From a bacterium (GTDB lineage Bacteria; Zhuqueibacterota; Zhuqueibacteria; Oceanimicrobiales; Oceanimicrobiaceae): a stretch of DNA of 64,000 nucleotides. The position numbers and the translations under genes were made by a program. The first letter of the stretch is position 1, and each line of letters starts with the position of its first letter. Positions 19,601-27,542 of the stretch are shown one piece after another. Location: assembly GCA_046757025.1 (NCBI GenBank), contig JBHHXN010000006.1, positions 8,430 through 72,429 of the forward strand. The letters are read 5' to 3'. The notes under the pieces are model-generated. The model saw nothing but the letters and a program-made list of their open reading frames with translations. It was not told where the DNA came from and did not search any database.

Positions 19601-19757
19601 AGAGGCTGTGTGAAAACACGCAAACTACGCGTCTGTCATTCTGCAGGCATCTTTTTTGTTTTGACGTAAAGTGCTGTTTATTAAAAAGATTTATCCAGAA
19701 TGACATTGACGGTGAAATTGGTTATAAGTTGACATTTCGATTTTTCACACAGCCTCT
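19601..19757 (-). mobile_element. MITE-like element family B, copy 2 (157 bp, 16-bp perfect terminal inverted repeats)
   Basis: agaggctgtgtgaaaa ... ttttcacacagcctct, with an inner IR gtcattctg / cagaatgac. Its reverse complement aligns to 9557..9737 (the TIRs and the core ttaataaacagcactttacgtcaaaacaaaaaagatgcct). Confidence 0.5.
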
Positions 19758-19854
19758 TTAGGCGGCAGCAGGCCGAAGCTTGATCAACTCTCCACAAGTT
19801 CATTTTGCAGATGTCTAAAAAAAGCAATTATCATCGATAAAAGGAGCGTTTCCT

Positions 19855-21171
19855 TTGATAGAAATCAAAAATTCAAAAAACCATGAAATAGCCAAGCTTA
19901 CCGACGAAAACAACCGGCTAAAGAAATCCATTGAAGACCTGAAAATTATCAATGAACTGGCAAAAATTATCAGCTCAACCATTCCCGTGGAGCAGATTTT
20001 AAATAAAGTCACCACCGTGTCGGTTAGAGCCATTGGCGCGGAGCAGGGTACCATTTCATTGTTGAATGAACAGGAAGAAGAGGATGAATTCAAAACGTTG
20101 ATTCGAAAGGTCGATGCCTCAAAAGTGACCAACAAATATCGACTGGATGATGATTTGAGCGGCTGGATGATTAAATATCGTAAACCGTTGATGATCACTA
20201 ACTTTAATCAGGACCGTACCTTCAAAAGGCAATACGAAAATTCGGAGAAAATTCGCTCAATATTGAGTGTACCGTTGGTATGCAAAGGCAAACTCATCGG
20301 CGTTTTGAATCTATTCAATAAAAAACAGGATGGCCAGTTTACGCTTGATGATCAACGCCTGTTATCCATCATTGCATCGCAGTCGGCACAGGTGATTGAA
20401 AATGCCCGGTTATATGAAGAAGAGGAGCAGCTGCGTCTCATTGAGCAAGAGCTGAAAACGGCCCATGCCATTCAGGTGGGACTGCTGCCGAAAGAGAGTC
20501 CGCGAATTAGCGGATTTGATGTGGCCGGCCGAAGTTATCCGGCCACAGAGGTAGGCGGCGACTATTTTGATTTTATTGAACTGGATGACCACCTCTGGGG
20601 CATTGCGTTGGGCGATGTTTCGGGCAAAGGCATTCCGGCCGCGTTGCTGATGTCCAATTTACAGGCTACGCTGCGGAATCAGGCCTTGCACAACGCTTCT
20701 CTGGTTGAATGCATAGAAAAGGCTAATCAATTTTTGTGTTACAACACTGAATCCACCAAATTCGTCACGCTTTTTTGTGGAAAACTAAATTCAGAAAAGC
20801 GAACTTTTCAATTTGTCAATGCTGGACACAATTTTCCATTTTACCTTAACACCAAAGGGGAATTTGAAACGTTGGAAATCGGCGGGGTGGTACTCGGCAT
20901 GATTCCCGAGTTTACCTTTGATCAAGGCGAGGTGCATTTGCAGCCTGGAGAAATTATTGTGGTTTATTCCGACGGAGTGACCGAAGCAGAAAACGAACTA
21001 GAGGAATTGCTCGGTGAGGAACGGTTAAAAAACATTATTTTGGATAATCGTCATTTAAGTGCTCAGGAACTGGTTGAAATTATTTATCAAAAAGTGAAAG
21101 AATTTAGCGGTGCGGCGAAACAGGACGATGACATCACCATCGTCGTATTGAAAGCAGAAAACGCTCATTAA
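19855..21171 (+). CDS. GAF domain + PP2C-type (SpoIIE/RsbU family) serine phosphatase, paralog 2
   Basis: 438 aa with the same architecture and motifs (GGDYFDFI, GDVSGKG, YSDGVTEA). Confidence 0.8.
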   Translation: MIEIKNSKNHEIAKLTDENNRLKKSIEDLKIINELAKIISSTIPVEQILNKVTTVSVRAIGAEQGTISLLNEQEEEDEFKTLIRKVDASKVTNKYRLDDDLSGWMIKYRKPLMITNFNQDRTFKRQYENSEKIRSILSVPLVCKGKLIGVLNLFNKKQDGQFTLDDQRLLSIIASQSAQVIENARLYEEEEQLRLIEQELKTAHAIQVGLLPKESPRISGFDVAGRSYPATEVGGDYFDFIELDDHLWGIALGDVSGKGIPAALLMSNLQATLRNQALHNASLVECIEKANQFLCYNTESTKFVTLFCGKLNSEKRTFQFVNAGHNFPFYLNTKGEFETLEIGGVVLGMIPEFTFDQGEVHLQPGEIIVVYSDGVTEAENELEELLGEERLKNIILDNRHLSAQELVEIIYQKVKEFSGAAKQDDDITIVVLKAENAH

Positions 21172-21198
21172 TAACGGATTCGGATAGCAAAAAGTCAT

Positions 21199-21588
21199 TT
21201 GTCGAGTTGTATGAAGATCATCTGTTTCCGGCTAATCTCAGGCATTTTTTGCACCCTCCTTCTGATCATGTTTAGTTGTAAAAACCGGCCTCCCGAAGAT
21301 ATCACCGATCCCGGACAATTGCTATATCTGGGCTATGTCAAAAAAAAAGTGAATTGTTCAAAATGTCACGGACCGGACGGTCAGGGTGGATTGGACGCAC
21401 CTGATATTCGGCCGGCTTTTAAGAAATTTGGCGAAAAAAAAATTGTCACGTTTATCCTGGAAGGCAAAGGCAAAGGTAAAAATGCCATGCCGCCGTTTGC
21501 CGATGAGATCACTTCTCTGGAGCTGGAGCAATTGATGCGCTTTCTGGAGACGCTTAAACCGCTTCCCGACAGCTTACAACCGGAGTAA
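21199..21588 (+). CDS. Class I c-type cytochrome lipoprotein
   Basis: Single CxxCH (CSKCHG). A signal peptide with a lipobox Cys (LLIMFSCKN) is followed by a Met ligand region (NAMPPF). The start may be Met at 21211. Confidence 0.65.
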   Translation: MSSCMKIICFRLISGIFCTLLLIMFSCKNRPPEDITDPGQLLYLGYVKKKVNCSKCHGPDGQGGLDAPDIRPAFKKFGEKKIVTFILEGKGKGKNAMPPFADEITSLELEQLMRFLETLKPLPDSLQPE

Positions 21589-21595
21589 GTAAAAA

Positions 21596-21630
21596 AAGCG
21601 GCTATTCAATATCAAGAACAGCCGCTTTTC
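21596..21630. terminator. Bidirectional rho-independent terminator between convergent genes
   Basis: aaaaaaagcggctattc-aatatcaag-aacagccgcttttct (10-bp stem with one mismatch, flanked by A-run and T-run). Confidence 0.5.
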
Positions 21631-21729
21631 TAATTGATCAAACCCTTCGCCTTTCACTGAAGGCAACAGTCGTCCTTCCCTGACAACAGAAAAGTCAATT
21701 TAATTTTGGGCATCAATCGAAAACATCAT

Positions 21730-21900
21730 CTATGGTGGTGGTTCCGTTGGATCGGCCAAAGATGCTGGGGGGGGTTCATTCGGATCTGCTTGAGCTGACG
21801 CCGGCGGTGGTTCGTTGGGATCCGCTTTTCCTTTTGAAAAAAGTCGAGACTTTAAACTCGACCACTTCCCCATTTTCTCTTCGGCAGTTTTTTTATCCAT
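21730..21900 (-). CDS. 56-aa microprotein with three tandem ADP(N/T)EPPPAS repeats, translationally coupled to the upstream Ser/Thr kinase
   Basis: Not in the track (under 60 aa). The reverse-strand ATG is at 21898-21900, preceded by AGGAGGTG 6 nt upstream and lying 18 nt after the kinase stop. The translation is MDKKTAEEKMGKWSSLKSRLFSKGKADPNEPPPASAQADPNEPPPASLADPTEPPP*. The three 30-nt repeats differ mostly at synonymous positions. Confidence 0.5.
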   Translation of the reverse strand: MDKKTAEEKMGKWSSLKSRLFSKGKADPNEPPPASAQADPNEPPPASLADPTEPPP

Positions 21901-21918
21901 GAAATTCACCTCCTTTCA

Positions 21919-24684
21919 TTACTTTTTAGAGTTCGCTGGCAAATTTGAAATTTTATTATTTAAAAATGCAACTTTTTGTAAATTACCATCCGCTCCGGCC
22001 CAAAAATCAAGAGCTAAGCGGTAGGTGTGAAAAGCCTCTTCCGGCGCGTTATCTTTTTCATAAGCCTCTGCTAATCCTAACAGCGCATAGACATTCTGTG
22101 GATTGAATTGCAAGGCTAATTTATACGTTTCAATGGCATTCTGAAGTTGACCAGCTTGTGAATAACCATCCGCTAATGCTTTCAAATAGAATGACCGGTT
22201 CAATGGAAACAAATCCAGAGCCTTTTTAAAAGAGACCTCAGCTTCATCATAATCTTCTGCAAACAAGGAGACCATCCCTTGCAAATGATGCAAAAACCAC
22301 CTTCCTTCCAGCTCTCCCAACGACGCGAAGGATCGCTCAAGAATGGCGATTTCGTGGAAAATTTCTTGTCGGTTGCCATTTTCCAGCAAGATTAAACCAC
22401 GCAGCCAGTGCGCTTCCAGATTGTTGGGATTAGTAATGATGGCATCATCAATGGTCGTTTCCGCAACTGGCAGGTTGCCCGTTCTTAAATGCACCATGGC
22501 CAGATTGGTATAACCCATGGATTTAAAATAATTACCGGCAGAAGTATTGACATACTTCGTTAAAACTTTTTCTGCTTGCGAGTATTTTCCCTGACCCGAC
22601 AACGCCTGCGCAAGTCGAATGGGTACGTATTTAAAATCCGGCTGCAAGGCGAGAATGCGGTCACAAATAGTCACGGCTTCTTCATATTCGCCGATGAGTA
22701 CCAGGATTTCCGCCATGGAGTCGAGCGGATTGACGTCGGTGGGATTCAACTGCATTAACTTATCCATCATGGCCAGGGCTTTTTCCTTTTCACCTTTGGC
22801 CAGAAAAGCATAACCAAGCGTGTTGTAGGCAAGCACGTAGGTCGAATCCAGCTCGATGGACTTTTGAATTTCCGAAATGCCCGCATCGATTTGACGAAAT
22901 TTTCGGTATTGCGTCCAGCCATATTTATAATGCGTAGAGGCTTTAAAGGGGTTGATTTTGAGCAACCTTTTCTGATGAGATGCATACTCCTGCCAGCGAT
23001 GTTCAATCCGGGCTTCATTACTTAAGTATTCCAATCTCATTTCAAGAGAAAGATTTTCAATATACGGTTTACCGCTTGATAACACTTGTTTGGCTTTGTT
23101 TCGATTCCCGATGAGGGAATATTGCCACGCCAGGTAATAATACGGTTCGATGAATGTGGAATCCAGGGAGATTGCTTTATTCAAGAGGGCAATGCTCTCC
23201 TTGTGCCGCAGATCCAGTGCAGCATCCTTGCCTTCTACGTAATAGCGAAATGCGTCCAGGGAGGAAGTGGTCAAAGACGCCACGCTGCTTTCTACCACAT
23301 TTTCAGCAGCTTCAAAATTCAACACCCCGACCAATTGCGAAGTAAACTCATCGACGAGATTATAAAGCTGGCTGATATTGCTCTCCAGGGGTTTCAATGA
23401 CGCAACAGACGTGCCTTTACGGCTGTCTAAAATCTCCGCCTCCACCTGAATGGTTTCGTTTTGTTTGTTGAGTTTACCGACAATGACCTTTTGGGCATTG
23501 GCTTTTTGCGCAATTCGAATAGCTTCTTCCCGTGTGACGTTTTTGTTTTGGATGCCTAAATTCTGCATGATCTGATTCCTCTGTTCCGCGCTCAAAACGC
23601 GTATGGTGGAATCCTGGGACAAATCGGTATTCAATAAATCCATAAAAGCACCACTCAGCCACGACCAGTCTTCATCGACATTGTCCAGATAAAAAGGCAT
23701 AATGGCGATAGCCGTACCCACCTCGTGCATTTTGCTTTCCGGCCTTAGTATGGCAAACAAAACGATGAGCAGAAGACCTAAAGAAAGACCGCCGAGTGTC
23801 GCAAACATTCGTTTTCGACTGAATTTTGGTTTTGGCTTGGGGGAAGTCTGCGCGGTTTTTGTTGCCCTTTCATCGAGCAACTCTTTCAATGTTAACTCAA
23901 TTTCTCTGGCGTTTTGAATTCGGACCTCCAAGTCTTTTGCCAGAGCTTTGGTCACTAACTGTTGGTATTTATCAGATATCTCAGGTCGGATGCTGCAAAT
24001 GGCTTCGGGTTCCTCATTGATGATGGCATAACCGATGGCCGCGCTGTATTCGCCTTGAAACGGTTGTCTGCCAGTACCGAGCTCGTACAAAACCGTACCC
24101 AGCGAAAAGATATCGCTGCGGTGATCGACTGGCAATCCCTGTAATTGCTCGGGAGACATGTAAGCCGCGGTGCCGATAACGCTTTCCTGCCGGGTGATTT
24201 GCGTCAGGTTTGCGACCTTTGCCAAACCGAAATCGAGAATCTTGACTTGACCGTCTTTCGTTAAGATGATATTGCCCGGCTTGATATCCCTGTGAATGAT
24301 GCCCTTTTGGTGCGCTTCTGCCAATCCCCGGGCAATTTGCACACCGATGGCATAAACTTTATCTATAGGGATTTCAGATTTAAGCAGAAGGCTTTGCAGC
24401 GTATCGCCAGGGTAGTAGCCCATGCTGATAAACATGTAATCGTCGGATTCGTCGATTTCATACACCATGGCAATGTTTGGATGCTCCAAAGCAGAAATGG
24501 CTTTCGCTTCTTGAACGAATCTCTGACGAAACTCTGAGTCAGCAAGAAATTCTTTGTTTAGAAATTTCAGAGCAACCAGCCGGTCCAGTTTTAAGTCCTT
24601 TGCCTTATAAACGACACCCATGCCGCCGCTGCCAATTTCTTCAAGTATTTTATAATGAGATAACTGTCGTCCGACCAAGTTCAT
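21919..24684 (-). CDS. Serine/threonine protein kinase with TM segment and C-terminal TPR repeats
   Basis: 921 aa with an N-terminal Hanks kinase domain (GSGGMGVVYKAKD, HRDIKPGNIIL, DFGLAK, SPEQ). A TM helix occurs around residue 370 (LGGLSLGLLLIVLFAIL). About 500 aa of TPR-like repeats follow. Confidence 0.85.
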   Translation of the reverse strand: MNLVGRQLSHYKILEEIGSGGMGVVYKAKDLKLDRLVALKFLNKEFLADSEFRQRFVQEAKAISALEHPNIAMVYEIDESDDYMFISMGYYPGDTLQSLLLKSEIPIDKVYAIGVQIARGLAEAHQKGIIHRDIKPGNIILTKDGQVKILDFGLAKVANLTQITRQESVIGTAAYMSPEQLQGLPVDHRSDIFSLGTVLYELGTGRQPFQGEYSAAIGYAIINEEPEAICSIRPEISDKYQQLVTKALAKDLEVRIQNAREIELTLKELLDERATKTAQTSPKPKPKFSRKRMFATLGGLSLGLLLIVLFAILRPESKMHEVGTAIAIMPFYLDNVDEDWSWLSGAFMDLLNTDLSQDSTIRVLSAEQRNQIMQNLGIQNKNVTREEAIRIAQKANAQKVIVGKLNKQNETIQVEAEILDSRKGTSVASLKPLESNISQLYNLVDEFTSQLVGVLNFEAAENVVESSVASLTTSSLDAFRYYVEGKDAALDLRHKESIALLNKAISLDSTFIEPYYYLAWQYSLIGNRNKAKQVLSSGKPYIENLSLEMRLEYLSNEARIEHRWQEYASHQKRLLKINPFKASTHYKYGWTQYRKFRQIDAGISEIQKSIELDSTYVLAYNTLGYAFLAKGEKEKALAMMDKLMQLNPTDVNPLDSMAEILVLIGEYEEAVTICDRILALQPDFKYVPIRLAQALSGQGKYSQAEKVLTKYVNTSAGNYFKSMGYTNLAMVHLRTGNLPVAETTIDDAIITNPNNLEAHWLRGLILLENGNRQEIFHEIAILERSFASLGELEGRWFLHHLQGMVSLFAEDYDEAEVSFKKALDLFPLNRSFYLKALADGYSQAGQLQNAIETYKLALQFNPQNVYALLGLAEAYEKDNAPEEAFHTYRLALDFWAGADGNLQKVAFLNNKISNLPANSKK

Positions 24685-24951
24685 GCGATAAATCTTGTAT
24701 AAGGGTAAAAAAAAACGCTCCCCTACATCCAGAACGCTTTAAGATTTGTAAAAGTGATTTTGAATAATAACCCAATGGCGAGTACCAGGATGCAACCTCA
24801 GTATCTATGATAACAATAAATTTACTTGAAGTCAAGGGAAAATTGATAATTACACATGTTTATCCTTTTCCAAATTTTTTGTTAATTATTCTAAAATACT
24901 CCAAACAATCAAGGAAGTTGGCGTCATTTTGAAAAATTATTAAAAAAGAAC

Positions 24952-24996
24952 TTGACAATTACTAAATTATTAATTATGTTACTAACAAATTAGTAA
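24952..24996 (+). promoter_or_regulatory. Promoter (TTGACA-17-TATGTT) overlapped by TTACTAA-N4-TTAGTAA palindrome and a third TTACTAA half-site: candidate BlaI operator
   Basis: cttgacaattactaaattattaattatgttactaacaaattagtaattaa, lying 24 bp upstream of the blaI-like start. Confidence 0.4.
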
Positions 24997-25019
24997 TTAA
25001 AAATAAATAGGAGGTCGCA

Positions 25020-25400
25020 TTGAAAAATCGAAAAAAATTAGCCGATGCCGAATGGGAAATTATGAACGGCATCTGGCACTTCAAAAAGCCCGTCACCGTC
25101 CGCGAAATGCACGCTCATCTTTATCCGAAAGGGGAGAAAGCCTATACGACGGTGCAAACCATCATGAATATTTTAGTCGAAAAAAAATTTTTAAGGAAAG
25201 ATAAAATCGGTATGGTCAATTTTTACTTTCCCATTGTGGCGTATGAAGATTTCACCAGGCAGGAGACCCGAACCCTGGTTTCGCGCATTTTTGACGGCTC
25301 TTTTGGCGCGTTGGCAACTTATCTGGTGGATTCGGGAGAGCTTTCGCAAGAAGAGTTAATTCAACTGAAAGCGCTCATCAATTCAAAAAAGAAAGAATAA
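25020..25400 (+). CDS. BlaI/MecI/CopY family transcriptional repressor
   Basis: 126 aa with a winged-helix N-terminus (LADAEWEIMNGIWHFKKPVTVREM, TTVQTIMNILVEKKFL). TTG start with GGAGG 8 nt upstream. Confidence 0.8.
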   Translation: MKNRKKLADAEWEIMNGIWHFKKPVTVREMHAHLYPKGEKAYTTVQTIMNILVEKKFLRKDKIGMVNFYFPIVAYEDFTRQETRTLVSRIFDGSFGALATYLVDSGELSQEELIQLKALINSKKKE

Positions 25401-25414
25401 TAGCGAGGCAAATC

Positions 25415-27130
25415 ATGAATGTGATTCATCAATTTGCAGAAACCTGGATGAGATTCTATGTGATTCATTTGCTTGAAATGTCACTTTTCATTATACTCAT
25501 CTGGTTTACTGATAAATTCTTACGACTTCAAACCTGGTCACGCTATCTGCTCTGGATTCTGGCGTTGGTGAAAATCTTTGTTCCACCCGTTTTTACGTTT
25601 CCTTCAACCAGGCCATCGCTGGTTACCGGACCGATGATTTATCTGCCTACTGTTTCACCATCTCCCTTGGCTGGGCCGCAAACTTTGCAGGCGATTTTTC
25701 CACTTCTGTTGTTTGGGTTGTGGATTTCCTGGGTTGGTTCGATGACGTATTTTATGGTGGTTAAAAATAGAAATTTTCAAAGACGCTTGCTAGACGCAAA
25801 ACCCATTTCGAACCTGACTGAAACAAAGCTGAGTACCTGCTTGCCAATTTATGTTTCAAGTCAAATCCAATCCCCCGTTCTTTTTGGCGCGTGGAAACAG
25901 AAATTGTATTTGCCTATTGAATGGCAAAACTGGTCAGACAAGGAGCTAAAAAGCATCGTAGCCCACGAAACCGCCCATTTTCATAAACGGGATATTTGGG
26001 TGTTGATTTTACAACATCTGGCCATTGTCTTGTTTGGGGTCAATCCATTAATCTGGTTAGTACATAATCGATTGAATTATGTGCGTGAATTGAATTGTGA
26101 TGAAATGGCCATCCAGCACTCTGGCATAAAACCTGTAGAGTACAGCCAGCTCATCTACTCGTTTATTGAGAAACAGGCACAACCGCCCGGTCTCGTAATC
26201 ATGGGCAAATCGTTTTTCAACAACGATCAATCTTTAATTAAGCGTATGAATAATATTCTTAAATTCGAGGAGTCTAACATGAAAATCAAATCAATTTGGC
26301 AAGTCATTTTATCGATTTTTTTGGCGGTTTTGATTTTACCGTTTTCCTGGAAGTGTGCTGAAAAGCCGTCTGATCAGAGCCTTGGTAAAGAGTTTACTCC
26401 CGGCCTTGTCCAGCCACAAACGGACATTTCATCAGAAAAATCTGAGAAATTTCAGCCCTTTAATGAACCTCCCAAACCCATCGGGGGATTTCAAGCGATT
26501 CAAGCAAATATTCATTATCCGGAGATAGCAAGAAAAGCCGGTATGGAAGAAACGGTTATCGTGCAAGTTTATGTTGATGAACACGGCGAAGTGGCGGATG
26601 CCACCGTTTTGAGGACGAAAAATGGCGGCGAGCCGGGCTTCAAAGAAGCGGCCCTTGCCGCGGTCAAAAAAGTGAAGTGGCAACCTGCGCTTTGGAAAGG
26701 CAAACCCGTGGCGGTGCAGGTGGCGATTCCAGTGATTTTTCAATTGGCCAGCGATGGAGTCTCGTCTCCGGATAAAGAGCCTAAAGTATTCCAATTTTCT
26801 ATACCCAATAATAAAGTGAAATTTCAGCCATTCGATGAAGCTCCGCAACCGGTGGGCGGATTCACAGCTATCCAGAAAAACCTGCAGTATCCGGTGATTG
26901 CGCGCAAAGCGGGCATCGAAGGGCGGGTTGTCATCAATATTTTGGTATCAGCACAAGGAGAAATTGCCGATGCGGTAGTGATGAAATCGTTAGGGCATAG
27001 CGGCTGTGATGAAGCGGCAATCAATGCACTCAAGAGTGTTAAGTGGCGGCCGGCGAAAAATAAAGGCCAGGCGGTGGAGATGTGGGTCGCGATTCCCGTT
27101 GAGTTTAAATTATCCGAAACGGTTAAATAG
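25415..27130 (+). CDS. BlaR1-type M56 peptidase sensor fused to two tandem TonB C-terminal domains
   Basis: 571 aa. The N-terminal TMs carry the HExxH motif (VAHETAHFHKRD) of the M56 family. Two about 95-aa duplicated TonB-C-like modules (FQPFNEPPKPIGGFQAIQ...VIFQL and FQPFDEAPQPVGGFTAIQ...VEFKL) follow. The gene is immediately downstream of blaI. Confidence 0.75.
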   Translation: MNVIHQFAETWMRFYVIHLLEMSLFIILIWFTDKFLRLQTWSRYLLWILALVKIFVPPVFTFPSTRPSLVTGPMIYLPTVSPSPLAGPQTLQAIFPLLLFGLWISWVGSMTYFMVVKNRNFQRRLLDAKPISNLTETKLSTCLPIYVSSQIQSPVLFGAWKQKLYLPIEWQNWSDKELKSIVAHETAHFHKRDIWVLILQHLAIVLFGVNPLIWLVHNRLNYVRELNCDEMAIQHSGIKPVEYSQLIYSFIEKQAQPPGLVIMGKSFFNNDQSLIKRMNNILKFEESNMKIKSIWQVILSIFLAVLILPFSWKCAEKPSDQSLGKEFTPGLVQPQTDISSEKSEKFQPFNEPPKPIGGFQAIQANIHYPEIARKAGMEETVIVQVYVDEHGEVADATVLRTKNGGEPGFKEAALAAVKKVKWQPALWKGKPVAVQVAIPVIFQLASDGVSSPDKEPKVFQFSIPNNKVKFQPFDEAPQPVGGFTAIQKNLQYPVIARKAGIEGRVVINILVSAQGEIADAVVMKSLGHSGCDEAAINALKSVKWRPAKNKGQAVEMWVAIPVEFKLSETVK

Positions 27131-27152
27131 TGTTGGAACGAAAACGATTCTA

Positions 27153-27258
27153 TCTTCCCGAAGGCCTCCTGGCCGAGGGTTGATTCCTGCCTGGCTCGGC
27201 GGGGACGCCTTGGCGAGGAGGTTTAGAAATTGCGCATTTCTCGAGTTTTCGTTCAGAC
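27153..27258 (+). repeat. Intergenic structured repeat family A, copy 2
   Basis: tcttcccgaaggcctcctggccgagggttgattcctgcctggctcggcgg...gcgcatttctcgagttttcgttcagac. Confidence 0.5.
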
Positions 27259-27542
27259 TCTAAATAGTGTTTGTCCGAAAATTTCACTTCTGTTCACTCT
27301 TGAGGGTATAAAAATGGAGTAGGGCTTTTTCCCCCTTGAGGGGGATAAAGGGGATGTTTGTTCAGCGGGCATGCTGCGAGCTTATTTTACGACTCATCGC
27401 CGCGGCGAAAGCGCAGCGCGCTCGCTGCGTGAGCCGCCCGCAACCCCGTTCATTCTCCACTCAGCGGTTGTTCTTACGCCGGGCGTGTTCATACCTCGGC
27501 GCGCTGAGAAAGTGCTTTTCGCTCAAACGCCCATGAGTAGGG

